A stretch of 50,763 nt of DNA from Octopus bimaculoides (taxonomy: Eukaryota). This document shows, piece after piece, positions 12,307 through 25,386 of this stretch. The translations under genes were made by a program, and so were the position numbers. The notes under the pieces were generated by a model, which was not told where the DNA came from, searched no databases, and saw only the letters and a program-made list of their open reading frames with translations. Where the stretch lies: NCBI RefSeq assembly GCF_001194135.2, contig NC_068991.1, positions 47,824,268 to 47,875,030 of the forward strand. The letters are read 5' to 3'. Position 1 is the first letter of the stretch, and every line of letters begins with the position of its first letter.

Positions 12307-13297
12307 CATCTATACATATATATACATATATATAATAATATATATGGCTGTGTGGTAAGTAGCTTGCTTACCAACCACATCTTTCTCTGTTCAGTCCCAC
12401 TGTGTGGCATCTTGGACAAGTGTCTTCTACTGTAGCATCCTTATTTTTCCAACTAAAGAGATTTGTCTCCCCTTACACACACTTCCTGTTTTGACACCAC
12501 ACTTCCTGCTTAACACATAAACCTTTAGCTCCTTTTCTCTTTTTTTAAACCTAACACAACTCTCAATTTTCATGCATCCTTATTTTTCCAACTATTATCT
12601 ACATGGATTACCATTGAACTTTAAAAGCTCAAAGACAATATAATGTTTTGGTATATTTATTTTTTTATATATTATTCTTTTTATATATTATTTTTTTCAT
12701 TTTTTACTTTTTTGTAAAAAACATTTTCATTCCCCCTCTTCTTGGAAATTTGCCATGCGATGAAAGCCGGTTAGAAATCTATATTAAAATATGCTTTCAG
12801 TTTAGCATTCTGCCATATTATTATTTTTCATTTTTCTATTATTTCTCCACGTGTGGTTAACACAACCCCACTATTTACTGACTTATATATATATATATAT
12901 ATGATATTTACATTTTTCATACATATAGAGATACAATGCAAACAGTATAAAAGCTGATAAGGCTAATATGGCAACACTGAATGAACACCCAGCTGAAATT
13001 TCCTTGCAGCCATTCTATTTTCTCCATCTCTCCCTTTCCTATCTCTAAATGACTAATCTGCAATGGTTCAAACCAAATTCTAGCCATTCTTCTTTTATGA
13101 AGTAATTGCTATATCTCAAGAAAAAAAAGAAAGAAAAAAGAAAGCAATGACAATAGACATGCCTCCACCTATTTGTTAGACTTATATGCCTTACAATAAA
13201 TAAATAATAACAAAAACATAATAATCTGTAATTTAGATTGAACCTGGAGATACAAATACACATTTGGCTATAATTTTTTATAAAAAGATAAAATTAG

Positions 13298-13335
<38 letters not shown>

Positions 13336-14558
13336 CAACAGCATTTTAATGTTCATGTTTCCATAGTTGCATGGGTTGGACAAAATTTGTTGAGTGAAGT
13401 TTTCTATGGCTGCATACCATTCTTGTTGCCAACCTTCTTCTGTAATGCATTCCTATGGCCAGACATATTTTCATGGACAATTGGAAATAACGGACACTGA
13501 CTGTAAGGTGCTGATGCTTGTTTACAACTATCACAGAAAGTAGAGATGAGGTAACACACACAAATATACATATATAGACACACATATGACAGATTTCTAT
13601 CAACCAAATCCACTCACAGGGCTTTCGTTGGCCCAGAGCTATAGCAGAAGACATTTGTATAAGGTGCTATGAATGGGCCAGAATCGTATATCATGTAGCT
13701 GAGAATCAAACTTCTTAACCATACAGTCACACATACACCTAAATAAAATTAATAAAAAATAGTCTTGAAGAAAACAGTAAAAGAAAAAAAAATAGGCAAT
13801 CCCATGTAACACAAAAAATAATTTTATAAATCAATTTCAAGACCATTGATTAGGACATAAAATTTGGGTACCCATAGAAGATACCTTTTTCATGAGGATA
13901 GGTATAAAAGAATAAAAGATTCATATCCACATGGATAAGATGTTTGTTACTTTAAGAAACTCTCCCAGATACATAGTACCTGGTGGGAATAGGTAGTCAA
14001 TGATTGAGTGAATTGAAGCATGTAAAATTATGTCTACATGCCTTAATAACAAAATAAAATGCTTCAACTATATTTGTAATGGTAGTCAACTACCTTATCC
14101 ACTTGGTCATTTTACCTTCTGTTTCTCCTGCTTTGATCTATTAAAGTATTTTGTCCATTTATTCTGGCAGTTTGAGAGATAAAGGCTTTTAAAATTGATT
14201 TATGAAAATGTCTGGCAGCTGAAAGGAAAATTGATTGACTGAGTTAATGTAATATAATGGAAGAGAAAGAAACATATTGAGGACTTAGATATTGATTAAC
14301 AAGTTATCTGGTCATAGTAGAGTGGTTTACAGGCTTTGAGAAATTCAGTCATTGATAAACAATAATATGGCTTCTAGTTCTTAACAATGATCACATCCAA
14401 CTAGGTTCTAGAAGTGAAAGAAGCTAAGAATCATTGGAATATCATAAACACATGAGAGGTTAAACTACAGACAAGGGAATATACAACAGTTATTTCAGTT
14501 AACTTGAACTATTTCCTCCTCTGCATCGATGTTATGCTTTAAAGAATGTCTATTTGTT

Positions 14559-14730
14559 TTAACCCTTTTGTTACCATATTTCTGTTTACATACACTGCCT
14601 TTCTTTCAGTTACTTTTTAAAATAAAGAAGAATTTCAGAAAGTAACATTTGTCATTATTAAGCTAATGTTTTGGAACAAATTAGCATAACATTTTAATGG
14701 ACAGAATTTTAATTAAATCACTTTAAAGCA
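14559..14730. mobile_element. Partial piggyBac-type MITE
   Basis: Starts TTAA-CCCTTTTG; reverse homologue of 31864-32083. Confidence 0.6.
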
Positions 14731-16657
14731 TTAAGTTTGTATCATATAACTAGATGTGGAGTGGGTCTCGAGTAGGCTACTATCAAAAAATGTTAGAGAA
14801 TTCTTTAAACAATAGTTATTAAATTGTCATCATAATCTTGATTCACCATTATTAACATTATATCTGTTTTTCTATGTGGACAATTGTTAGAAAAATCTGT
14901 TGTAATCCTTCATCGCATAAAGAATAGAAAAAAGAACCCACCACTGTCGCTGTTGTCTATGTCAGGTTTACTCTTTTATTTGTTTCAGTCATTGGATTGC
15001 AGTCACGATGGTGTATCTCTTTGAAGGGTGTAGCCAATCAAAGTAATTCCAGTAGTTATTTTAAGCCTGATTCTATTGGTCTGTTATTGCTGAACTGCTA
15101 AGTTATGGGGAAGCAAAGAAACCAACACTGAATACCAACTCAGGCAATGAGAAAGAAACAGAAAGACACACACATATATAAATACACACACACATTCACA
15201 CACGCATACACAAACACATGGATGTGCACACATGCACACACACACACACATACACACACAGAGAAGCAAACATAGGTTTCCACAGTTTTCTTGTACCATA
15301 TTTATTCTCAGAGCAATGGTTGACTTGATGCTATAGCTGAACCCCAAACCACATGGTTTGCAAAACAAACTTCTTAACCACAAAACCATACTGAGGCTTA
15401 TAGGCATAATTTTCATGGCTAGATGCACTTCTTACTTCATAGCATGAACTGAATTCATTTTATCAGTCTCTGGGAACTAAAGAACTTCTCTCCCAAATTG
15501 CCCCTGTATCAGTTTTCTCTTTTTCCAGAGTTATTGCCTCCCTTGATTGGTTGCCTTCTCTGTGACTGGCAACATTTGCATCACTCTTTCTTCTCTCTTA
15601 CATTTCTTCTCATTTTTTTAATGTTTTTTTTTTGGCATGGTTTTTATATTATTAGTGGTAGTGGTGGAGATGTTGGTGTTTAAATCTGATAGAGCAAACC
15701 CATAATCAATAGTGTTTCAGAGGTGACCATTCTCTCTTGAGATCTAATCTATTAAGAACTATAAACACACTATGCTTGACTACCACATTACCATGATGGC
15801 TGGACATTAACTGAGAATAATTCCAAGAACCTTCCCTCTGGTTAAAAACCATGTTAGCTATGGTGTAAAAATATTTATGATCACAGACAAAGGTCATTTA
15901 TACATAATATATACTTTGATAAATCTCTATTCTGAGATGAAATTTCCATTCAATGCAAAGACGTAATTTCAGTTTTTAATTCTAAAAAGTATAATTCTTC
16001 AAAAGATGGTCCATTTACTTCAAAAGATTATTAAAGAGACTTTAAAAAAAAAGTTTTGCTTTCAAAAAACTGTCAGCTTGTTCAAAAGAAATGATTAAAG
16101 AAAAGACTTTAAATAAATGTTTATTATTTTACTAGTATCTTCATTGCTTAACCATTGTGTAAAAATATTTATCATCACACAAACTTACAACAAAAAAGAA
16201 AAAGAAAAAAAGAAACCTAAATGATGCCATCGCATCTGATAAATTCATATTCATTAGGTTGGATGGTCTCAATTCTCAGATGAAATTTGTGTGTGTGTGT
16301 GTGTGTGTATTTGTAGGTACATATATATATGTATGTGTGTATATATATCCAGCTACAGTAAATATTTGTTTCAATTAACAAACATCAATATTATGATGAT
16401 GATACTGCAAGATTGAGAGACTCAGGACACTGAATTCAGAGTCAAACAAAGCCTAAAGATTAAGAAGAATTAGGCAAGACTTCAATAATAATGGAGTAGC
16501 AGAAACAATTCATTATGTGAATCAATATTTGATGTGAGGATGGTTACAAAGCCACAAATTTCTCAGGGAGAGGATAGACTCGATTACATTATCACCACTA
16601 CCGCCACCATGATCATCACCTTTACATCCACCATTGTCACCACCACAACCTAATATT

Positions 16658-16856
16658 GGTTTCAAATTTTGGCACAAAGCCAGCAATTTCTTTGGCAGGT
16701 GGTGGGGAGTCAATTACATCAACTCTAGTGCTCAACCTCAAAAAGATAAAAGGCAAAGTTGACCCAAACGGAATTTGAACTCAGAACATAAAGATGGATG
16801 AAATGCCACTAACCATTTTGCTTTGTGTGCTAATGATTCTACTAGCTCTCCACCTT
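16658..16856 (-). mobile_element. SINE family B monomer with TSD
   Basis: Perfect 16-bp TSD ACCACAACCTAATATT at 16642-16657 and 16857-16872. Confidence 0.9.
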
Positions 16857-18575
16857 ACCACAACCTAATATTAACTGCAACCACCATCAACACAACCATC
16901 ACGATCCTCATTACCATCATTGCCATAATATTATAAACCATAACCACTACTAATAACAATAATGAACCAATTAAGAATGCTCTATGTTGTCACTTGATCA
17001 GCTAGAAATGGCAGCTAGATCAGCCTGAAATTAGACCACCGTCATCTTAAACAAAGGACAAATTGGATAATGTACTGATTATGCTGCGTAATATTTCTGA
17101 AATAACAGGATGGCAGGAATAGTTTTCATCAAACCTCAATCCAGGTTGACCTAAGGCTAAACAACCAATAACAAGCAAAAATGAAGCCACTACAAAGTAT
17201 CTTACCTTGCTAGAAATGGTAACCAGAATTGTTCTCTGTTAATATCCAGCCATCACGGTGGTGGGGCACAATGTAGTTATAGTTCTTAATAGATTAGATC
17301 TCACGAGAGAATGGCCACTTCTGGAACACAATTGGTTACGGGTTTGCCCCATCAGATCTGACCACTAACACTTCCACCACTACCACAAATAAGAACAACA
17401 GTAAGAGCAATATTTCTTTGCTCAGCTCCAACATCATTAAGTTTGAAAACAATACTAAAGTGTTACCTGGGTGCCCACATGGTAGAATTAAACTGGGCAA
17501 CTGATAAGTCTATCATCCAAGAGCTGTACTGGCCCTATATTTTCCATCTACCAAATTCTACTCGCAAGGTTTTGGCCAATTTTGTGGTTGTAATAGAAAA
17601 CATACGCTCAAGATATTCATACAATAGCCTGCTTGTAAAATTAACGTACACATGACTGACAACTTCACAGACACACACCCTTAATGTAGTTCTCAGGGAG
17701 ATTCAGGGTGACAGATTGAATGTGATAAGACTGGCCCCTTGAACTACAGGGACAACTCATTTTTTGCCAGTTGTAGTGTAGTGGAATGGAGTTTCTAAGT
17801 TTGTAGACAAGAGAAGAATAGTGAAGTTTGTTCCAGTATGAGAGAAGAAATAGTGAAGTGGTTCCAGTATCGATAGGCTTTAAGTGAACATTTGTTTCAA
17901 ATTAAAGAATGCTGCTTATTCTAAATATTTTCCTGTTGGCAACTTTTTGGATTCTTTTAGCTCTGGAAATGAATTTCCACCTGGCATATTAAAACAGAGA
18001 AAATTACTGGAACTGATGCCATGCTAAGTGAGCTTGAAAACATGAATGTATCTATAAGCATAAGTGTATACATGCACATTTTATAATGTATTTATGTGTG
18101 TCTGTCTGTTTCTCTCTCTATGTGTGTGTGTGTGTGTGTGTATGTCTGTCTGTCTATGAATATGTGTGTGCGTGTATATCTGTCCATCTCTCTATGTATG
18201 TGTGTATGTGTATATATATATATANNNNNNNNNNNNNNNNNNNNNNNNNNNNNNNNNNNNNNNNNNNNNNNNNNNNNNNNNNNNNNNNNNNNNNNNNNNN
18301 NNNNNNNNNNNNNNNNNNNNNNNNNNNNNNNNNNNNNNNNNNNNNNNNNNNNNNNNNNNNNNNNNNNNNNNNNNNNNNNNNNNNNNNNNNNNNNNNNNNN
18401 NNNNNNNNNNNNNNNNNNNNNNNNNNNNNNNNNTCTTCATCATCATTTAATGTTTATTTTACCATGCTTGCATGAATCTCAAAATTTGTGGAAGTACATT
18501 TTCTAAGGCCAGATGCCAATATGCATATGTGTGTGTGTGTGTGAGTATGTATGTGCTACTAACATATATCTTTTA

Positions 18576-18606
<31 letters not shown>

Positions 18607-20177
18607 ACATTCTCTTTGCCTTGACATTGCATGATAGTTGTAAATGAACGTGTCGCCGTCATGCAAGCAGTATCCTTTGTTTCCAGTCTTCCAAGGCATG
18701 TCTAGTCATGGGGAAATATTACCTTACTCAGAAACGGGTGGGGATTGTTGAGAGGAAGGGTATCTGAGCTTAGAAAAATCTGTCTCAGCAGATTCCATGG
18801 ATGATCATGGAAAAGTGGATGTTAAAATGATGAAGATACAAACACACACACACACGCACACATCATATCACATAGAAGCAGATTCAGCAGTAATGCCTTA
18901 CAGCTGAACAAACAACAATTTCTGTTAAACGTAGAGAGCAGGTGCACACAGGAATCCAACACAATTGATTCTTATTGATTCTGAAATAATGATTATCAAG
19001 ATGCAAGCACTCACATGCATACATCCAATCATATGCACACATATGGATTCATGTGTCAATAGGCATAGGCATAGTTGCGTGGTAAGAAATTTGCTTCCCA
19101 ACTACAGGTTTCCAAGTTTAGTCTCACTGTGTGGCACATTGGGGTAAGTGTTTTCTACTATAGCCCCAGGCTGACCAAAGCATTGTGAGTGGATTTGATG
19201 GTCAGAAACTGAAAGAAGCCTGTTGTGTGTATACACACACACAGAGTAATAATAATAATAATGACATTTTAAAATAATTAAATCATTAAAATATTTTAAA
19301 ATTCTCAACACAAAACACACATGCACACACAGGTGCGTCTGTGGTAACTTGCGCTACTACAAATAGCAGCCAAATCTCTCTTAAAACACACCCTTTCATC
19401 AAAAGAAAGACAGATTTACAGTATTTCATACATCAAAATTGACAGCTCAGTTTTCAAACCCATAAGGAACACACACACACAAACTCTGTTTTATATATTA
19501 AGATAAATAAATATATATATTTGTGTGTGTGTGTGTGTGTGTGTGTTACTGTCTCCTTGCCTCAACATTACATAATAGACGTAAATGAGTGTCACCATCA
19601 AACACATGGTATCTTTTGTTTGTAATCTTCCATGTAAATGTGTCTGGAAACAGTTAAGGGATGGCGACAGGAAGGGCTCCAGCTGCAGAAAATATGCCTC
19701 AACAGATTCCGTCTTGCCCATACGAGCACAGAAAAACAGATATTATGATGATGATGATATCAATGCACAATATATTAATACACACACAAACCTATATATG
19801 TGTGTGTGTGTGTGTGTGTACGTGCATGCATTATTTTATGGTTTAGTGAAGGGAGAAAGTTCAGTGGCTTTGATGTTTGTTCTCTTGACTGGAGAGATTC
19901 ATGAAATTGATGTTCAGTTTGGACAACTGTAGGAAAAACATAGTTGCAAAGGAATTCCAGAGGGTGGGGAAGGATTGGATTAGTGTTTAGAGCAGCATCT
20001 GATGAGAGTTTATAGCAGTGATTCTCAACCATTTTTTATCTATGAAGCCCTTTCATTCCTATTTTACTGTACAAGACCTCCAAAGCCATTCAATGTGTAT
20101 AAAAGGAAAAACATCCTACTGTATTTTTATAATATTATTAGGAATTGTATAAAAAAAATTAAAATATTTTGTATATA

Positions 20178-20588
20178 GGCGCAGGAGTGGCTGTGTGGTA
20201 AGTAACTTGCTTACCAACCACATGGTTCCGGGTTCAGTCCCACTGCGTATCACCTTGGGCAAGTGTCTTCTACTATAGCCTCGGGCTGACCAAAGCCTTG
20301 TGAGTGGATTTGGTAGATGGAAACTGAAAGAAGCCTGTCGTATATATGTATATGTATACATATATATATGTGTGTGTTTGTGTGTCTGTGTTTGTCCCCC
20401 CAACATTGCTTGACAACCGATGCTGGTGTGTTTACATCCCCGTAACTTAGCGGTTTGGCAAAAGAGACCGATAGAATAAGTACTAGGCTTACAAAGAATA
20501 AGTCCTGGGGTCGGTTTGCTTGACTAAAGGCGGTGCTCCAGCAGGGCCGCAGTCAAATAACTGAAACAAGTAAAAGAGTAAAAGAGTA
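20178..20588 (+). mobile_element. Full-length young SINE family A with AAAAGAGTA tail
   Basis: GGCGCAGGAGTGGCTGTGTGG head, GGTTCAGTCCC B-box-like motif, CACCTTGGGCAAGTGTCTT CORE-like motif, internal (TA)/(TG) tract. Further copies at 14975-15410(-), 19060-19230(+), 40886-41294(+), 45238-45735(-), 46770-47150(-). Confidence 0.92.
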
Positions 20589-21619
20589 TTGTAGAAATAT
20601 AATCAATTTCTTGCACCTAAACTTTAACAATGAAATCACATATGAACCCCAAGATTCATATGGACCCAAATATAAACCACGGATATACAGACAGTTGATA
20701 AAAGAGAGGAAAGATCAATGTGTTGGGGAGAGTGGGCGAGGTAAAGATAGTATGAAGTATGTAAGAAAAAGAGACATCATTGTATAAATGGTAGAATAAG
20801 AAGAGGGAAGAGACATTATGTCTGTGGGCCAAAGGTTGCTGTGTGTTTATTTGCCTCTAAGCAGCATGGTACATTACAAGCTTGATCAGTGGACTAAGGA
20901 CCATTGTTGCACTGATTAGGATAGGAAGAGAGAAGAGACAGGAAGTCTTTGGACCAGAGGTTACTACGTGATGCTGAAGAGGGCATTTTATTAATAGTGA
21001 GACGGTCTTCTTTTAGACACAGTCTAGGATATTTATAAACATACAAATACACATAAAATATGTAACAGATTACATATGCATCATCACTATCACCATTCAA
21101 CATTATCTATGTTGGCGTGGGCTGAATGGTTTGACAGGAACTGACAAGCTAGAGGAGGTGGACAAGTGGTATGACACAAAGCAGGGTGTTGTAGAGCAAC
21201 AGTTTAATAAAACCCATAGATAGATGAGAAATATGGTGTGTGGGGTGTGGGTGAGAGAGGGATGATCAGTGACAGAGATGGAAGTCAGAGGTATGCAGGG
21301 GTGGACAAAGTGACTGAAGAACAAAGGTGAGAGTGCCAATGATGGCAGATAGAGTGTTCAGTAGAAGCAGATATGGGAGGGTGTGTAGTAGATCAATTGA
21401 CTACATGGAAATTCATCCTTTTCTCTGATGAGTGGATGCATTACCTAATAATGATTATCAATTTTGGATTTCATTTTGAAGGGTAATACATTCATGAAAC
21501 GATTGTAAGATATCTCAAACCTTTTAAATAATCATACTTATATCTATCTATTAATACAATATTATTTATATTATGGATGTATATCACGTGATTTTTTGAT
21601 GTAATTTTTCCTGCTCTTA

Positions 21620-21945
21620 TCATCATCATCACCATCATCGTTTAACGTCCGCTTTCCATGCTAGCATGGGTTGGACGATTTGACTGAGGACTGATGAACC
21701 AGATGGCTACACCAGGCTCCAACCACTCCGAGAGTGTAGTGGGTGCTTTTACGTGCCACCGGCATGAAGCCCAGTCAGGCGGTACTGGCAATGGCCATGC
21801 TCAAAATGGTGTATTTTACGTGCCACCTGCACAGGAGCCAGTCCAGCAGCACTGGCAACGATATCGCTCAAATGTCTTTACACGTGCCACCGGCACAAGT
21901 GCCAGGAAGGCGACGCTGGGCACAGGTGCCATCACGATTTCGCTT
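21620..21945 (-). mobile_element. Retroposon 3' module D with (GAT)n tail and internal ~65-bp repeats
   Basis: On the - strand ends GCATGGAAAGCGGACGTTAAACGATGATG; homologous to 38917-39113 and 42648-43018. Confidence 0.8.
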
Positions 21946-22081
21946 TATAATATATAATCGCTCTTATTAAATCTTTAAATCTCTACATACCTTTAAAGTT
22001 TTAGACATTTCCCCTACCAAGAGCACTTATTCGAAATTCAGTATACTGTATTTTCATTGAATATATTTGATTAACTGTATA

Positions 22082-22390
22082 TATATAACAACTAATAAGA
22101 GGAATGACCACTAAAGTGGATCCCTATATGCTAGAGATAGATGTCAAATCACCTTACCACAAAGAATGTGTTCTCAAGAAAAAACTCAGCAAACGCAAGA
22201 ATGTAAAAAACAAACAAGGTAAATGAAAATTTACAAAATAAAACAATTACCTACGTATAATATTTTTTACGTTCTGGCGATTGCTGAGTTTTTTCTTGAG
22301 GACACACTTTTGTGGTAAGGCGATTTGACATCTATCTCTAGCATATAGGAATCCACTTTAGTGGTCATTCCTCTTATTAATTGTAATATA
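22082..22390. mobile_element. Foldback/MITE-like element with ~128-bp inverted arms and ~52-bp spacer
   Basis: 22082-22210 is the reverse complement of 22263-22390 at roughly 90% identity; TA-rich ends. Confidence 0.8.
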
Positions 22391-22489
22391 ATTTTTAAAG
22401 CTTCGGATTTTTTTTTTTTTTTAATATGCTAGGCCACTGGTTTAAATTGATGTTAATTGATTGATATCAATTTCTACCCTCATTATTTA

Positions 22490-22526
<37 letters not shown>

Positions 22527-23089
22527 NNNNNNNNNNNNNNNNNNNNNNNNNNNNNNNNNNNNNNNNNNNNNNNNNNNNNNNNNNNNNNNNNNNNNNNNNN
22601 NNNNNNNNNNNNNNNNNNNNNNNNNNNNNNNNNNNNNNNNNNNNNNNNNNNNNNNNNNNNNNNNNNNNNNNNNNNNNNNNNNNNNNNNNNNNNNNNNNNN
22701 NNNNNNNNNNNNNNNNNNNNNNNNNNNNNNNNNNNNNNNNNNNNNNNNNNNNNNNNNNNNNNNNNNNNNNNNNNNNNNNNNNNNNNNNNNNNNNNNNNNN
22801 NNNNNNNNNNNNNNNNNNNNNNNNNNNNNNNNNNNNNNNNNNNNNNNNNNNNNNNNNNNNNNNNNNNNNNNNNNNNNNNNNNNNNNNNNNNNNNNNNNNN
22901 NNNNNNNNNNNNNNNNNNNNNNNNNNNNNNNNNNNNNNNNNNNNNNNNNNNNNNNNNNNNNNNNNNNNNNNNNNNNNNNNNNNNNNNNNNNNNNNNNNNN
23001 NNNNNNNNNNNNNNNNNNNNNNNNNNNNNNNATATATATATATATATATACATATATATCCATATATACATACACATATATATACATAC

Positions 23090-23122
<33 letters not shown>

Positions 23123-23162
23123 CATATATATCCATATATACATACACATATATATACATACA

Positions 23163-23197
<35 letters not shown>

Positions 23198-23206
23198 CAT
23201 ATATAC

Positions 23207-23247
<41 letters not shown>

Positions 23248-23283
23248 TATCATATATACATATATAAATAGTCAGTTATGTAG

Positions 23284-23395
23284 GCTGTCATTTCATTCAC
23301 AATGTCTTCTTCATACTCTGGCAACAGCAGAAGAAAACATCCTTGTTATTATTCTACGATGCTTAGATGCAGCTGAAGGAAGAAAGACTTGGGAG
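23284..23395 (+). CDS. Putative internal exon C: [37 protein letters not shown]
   Basis: Protein-like 37 codons; tatgtAG acceptor; GAG|GTGAAT donor with an in-frame stop just inside the intron; phase 2 to 0, compatible with exon B. Confidence 0.65.
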
Positions 23396-23965
23396 GTGAA
23401 TTAACAGATGTTATTGCCAAGGTTGCGGTACAAGTTAAAAAACGCAAGTGACAGTACTTCATACATAATATAAATGTATATATTACCGCTGGGAATGTGG
23501 CAGAAGCTCGTAAGCATTACTAACAGTGCATCACACACAGACATATACACAATGCACACAAAGCCATGTGCATGTAATTGTGTGTTTTCTCCCAGTAAGA
23601 CAAAACACACATGTTTCCGCAATATTAATATATTCATAACTCACACCGCATTGGTTTCGAAGTACAGTGAACCAATTGGCAGGTTCATTAAAGTGCCAGA
23701 AAGATTGCATTGCATCAATTGTACTGACTTTCTACATTTTAAGGGGTTCAAATTCTGTCAAGGTCAACTTTGCCCTTTCAACCTTTTGAGGATCAATAAA
23801 GCATCAGTCCTTCACTTGGGTCAATTCTTCTCTTTCTCTGTCTTTCTTTCCTTCTGGAAGGAAAGAAAGACAGACAGACAGACTTAGAAAGGGATGGGCA
23901 CTAGAGTTGATTACCTCATAATTCAAATGAAAATTTATTATTATTATTATTATTATCATCATCAT

Positions 23966-24350
23966 CAAGGCAACGAGTTGGCAGAATTGTTAGCATGCTG
24001 GATGAAATGCTTGGTGTTATTTCGCCTGCCGCTATGTTCTGAATTCAAATTCCACTGAAGTTGACTTTCATCCTTTCGGGGTCATTAAAATAAGTACCAG
24101 TTGAACACTGGGGTCGATGCAATTGACTCATCACCACCTCCCCCAAGCTGCCCTTGCAGCAAAAATTTGAAATAATTATTATTATGATTATCATCATCAT
24201 CATCATCAATGTAGCGAGCTGATAGAATTGTTAGTAAGCCAGGCAAAATGTTTAACAGCATTTTGTCCATCCTTACATTTTGAGTTCAAATTCCGTCAAG
24301 GTCAACTTTGCCTTTCACTTTCAGGGTCGATGAAATAAGTACCAGTGGAG
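23966..24350 (+). mobile_element. Two SINE family B copies in (ATT)/(ATC)n
   Basis: Match to the 47836 consensus. More copies at about 25500-25610, 26232-26800, 33150-33590, 34018-34450, 34790-34980. Confidence 0.8.
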
Positions 24351-24990
24351 CTACTTGTTAGAAACTAGCTCCTTCCATAGAGGAAGACTTCAAATAGTTT
24401 AAAATAGTGTCCTTGGGTTTCTTAGTAAATGCCTATGTGACAATCTGGGAAAGCTAGGGTTTTCAAAAAAAAAAAAAGAAATTAACCAACTAACACATAT
24501 ACAGTCTAAAAATGTGTGACATTATTTTTGTAAACTATATTCCAATGATGGAGCTTTGTATCTTTGTTTCTAACCAACTCCTTCCATAGAGGAAGACTTA
24601 AAATAATTAAAAATATATACGTATCAGCACACTTAAAAACAAAGTTCAAGTTCACAGTCAGTCAGACTGATATACACATATAACAACCTCTTCCTATTAT
24701 ATACAATTTGTAGCATTTAGACTTTAATTAGAAGTACCAACAAACTAAAGGACATGCCCTAGCAAATGCACTAATGCAATGATATTGTGATTCTACTGTG
24801 CACTTACTGACTTCATTTTTTTAGTGACCTCATACTATGACTTGTATCCAAGATCCTGTATGTAACAATCTGCTTAGCCCTTCTTCACTCCAGTAAATTA
24901 TGTCTTTTTTCTGGTAGTGGTGGTGGGGACTTTTCATGTGCTGCCTCTTCTCCACAAATGATCACTTTCAATTCACAGTAAACATCAATC

Positions 24991-25386
24991 GTTGTTGTTG
25001 TTGTTGTTGGCACTCCGTCGCTTACGACGTCGAGGGTTCCAGTTGATCCGATCAACGGAACAGCCTGCTCGTGAAATTAACGTGCAAGTGGCTGAGCACT
25101 CCACAGACACGTGTACCCTTAACGTAGTTCTCGGGGATATTCAGCGTGACACAGTGTGACAAGGCTGGCCCTTTGAAATAGAGGTACAACAGAAACAGGA
25201 AGAAAGAGTGAGAGAAAATTGTGGTGAAAGAGTACAGCAGGGATCGCCACCATCCCCTGCCGGAGCCTTGTGGAGCTTTAGGTGTTTTCACTCAATAAAC
25301 ACTCACAACGCCCGGTCTGGGAATCAAAACCACGATCCAATGATCGCGAGTCCACTGCCCTAACCACTGGGCCATTGCACCTCCAC
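24991..25386 (-). mobile_element. Full-length SINE family C
   Basis: Reverse complement of 717-1101; 11-bp TSD AAACATCAATC at 24980-24990 and 25387-25397. Confidence 0.93.

Noticed and set aside
15850-16290. Weak local duplication (TGTAAAAATATTTAT.ATCAC ... TCT(G/C)AGATGAAATTT)
   Set aside because: Short, AT-rich and diverged; no interpretable structure.
20690-21420. Purine-skewed stretch as a Penelope GIY-YIG remnant
   Set aside because: No GIY-YIG or RT motif could be read in any frame.
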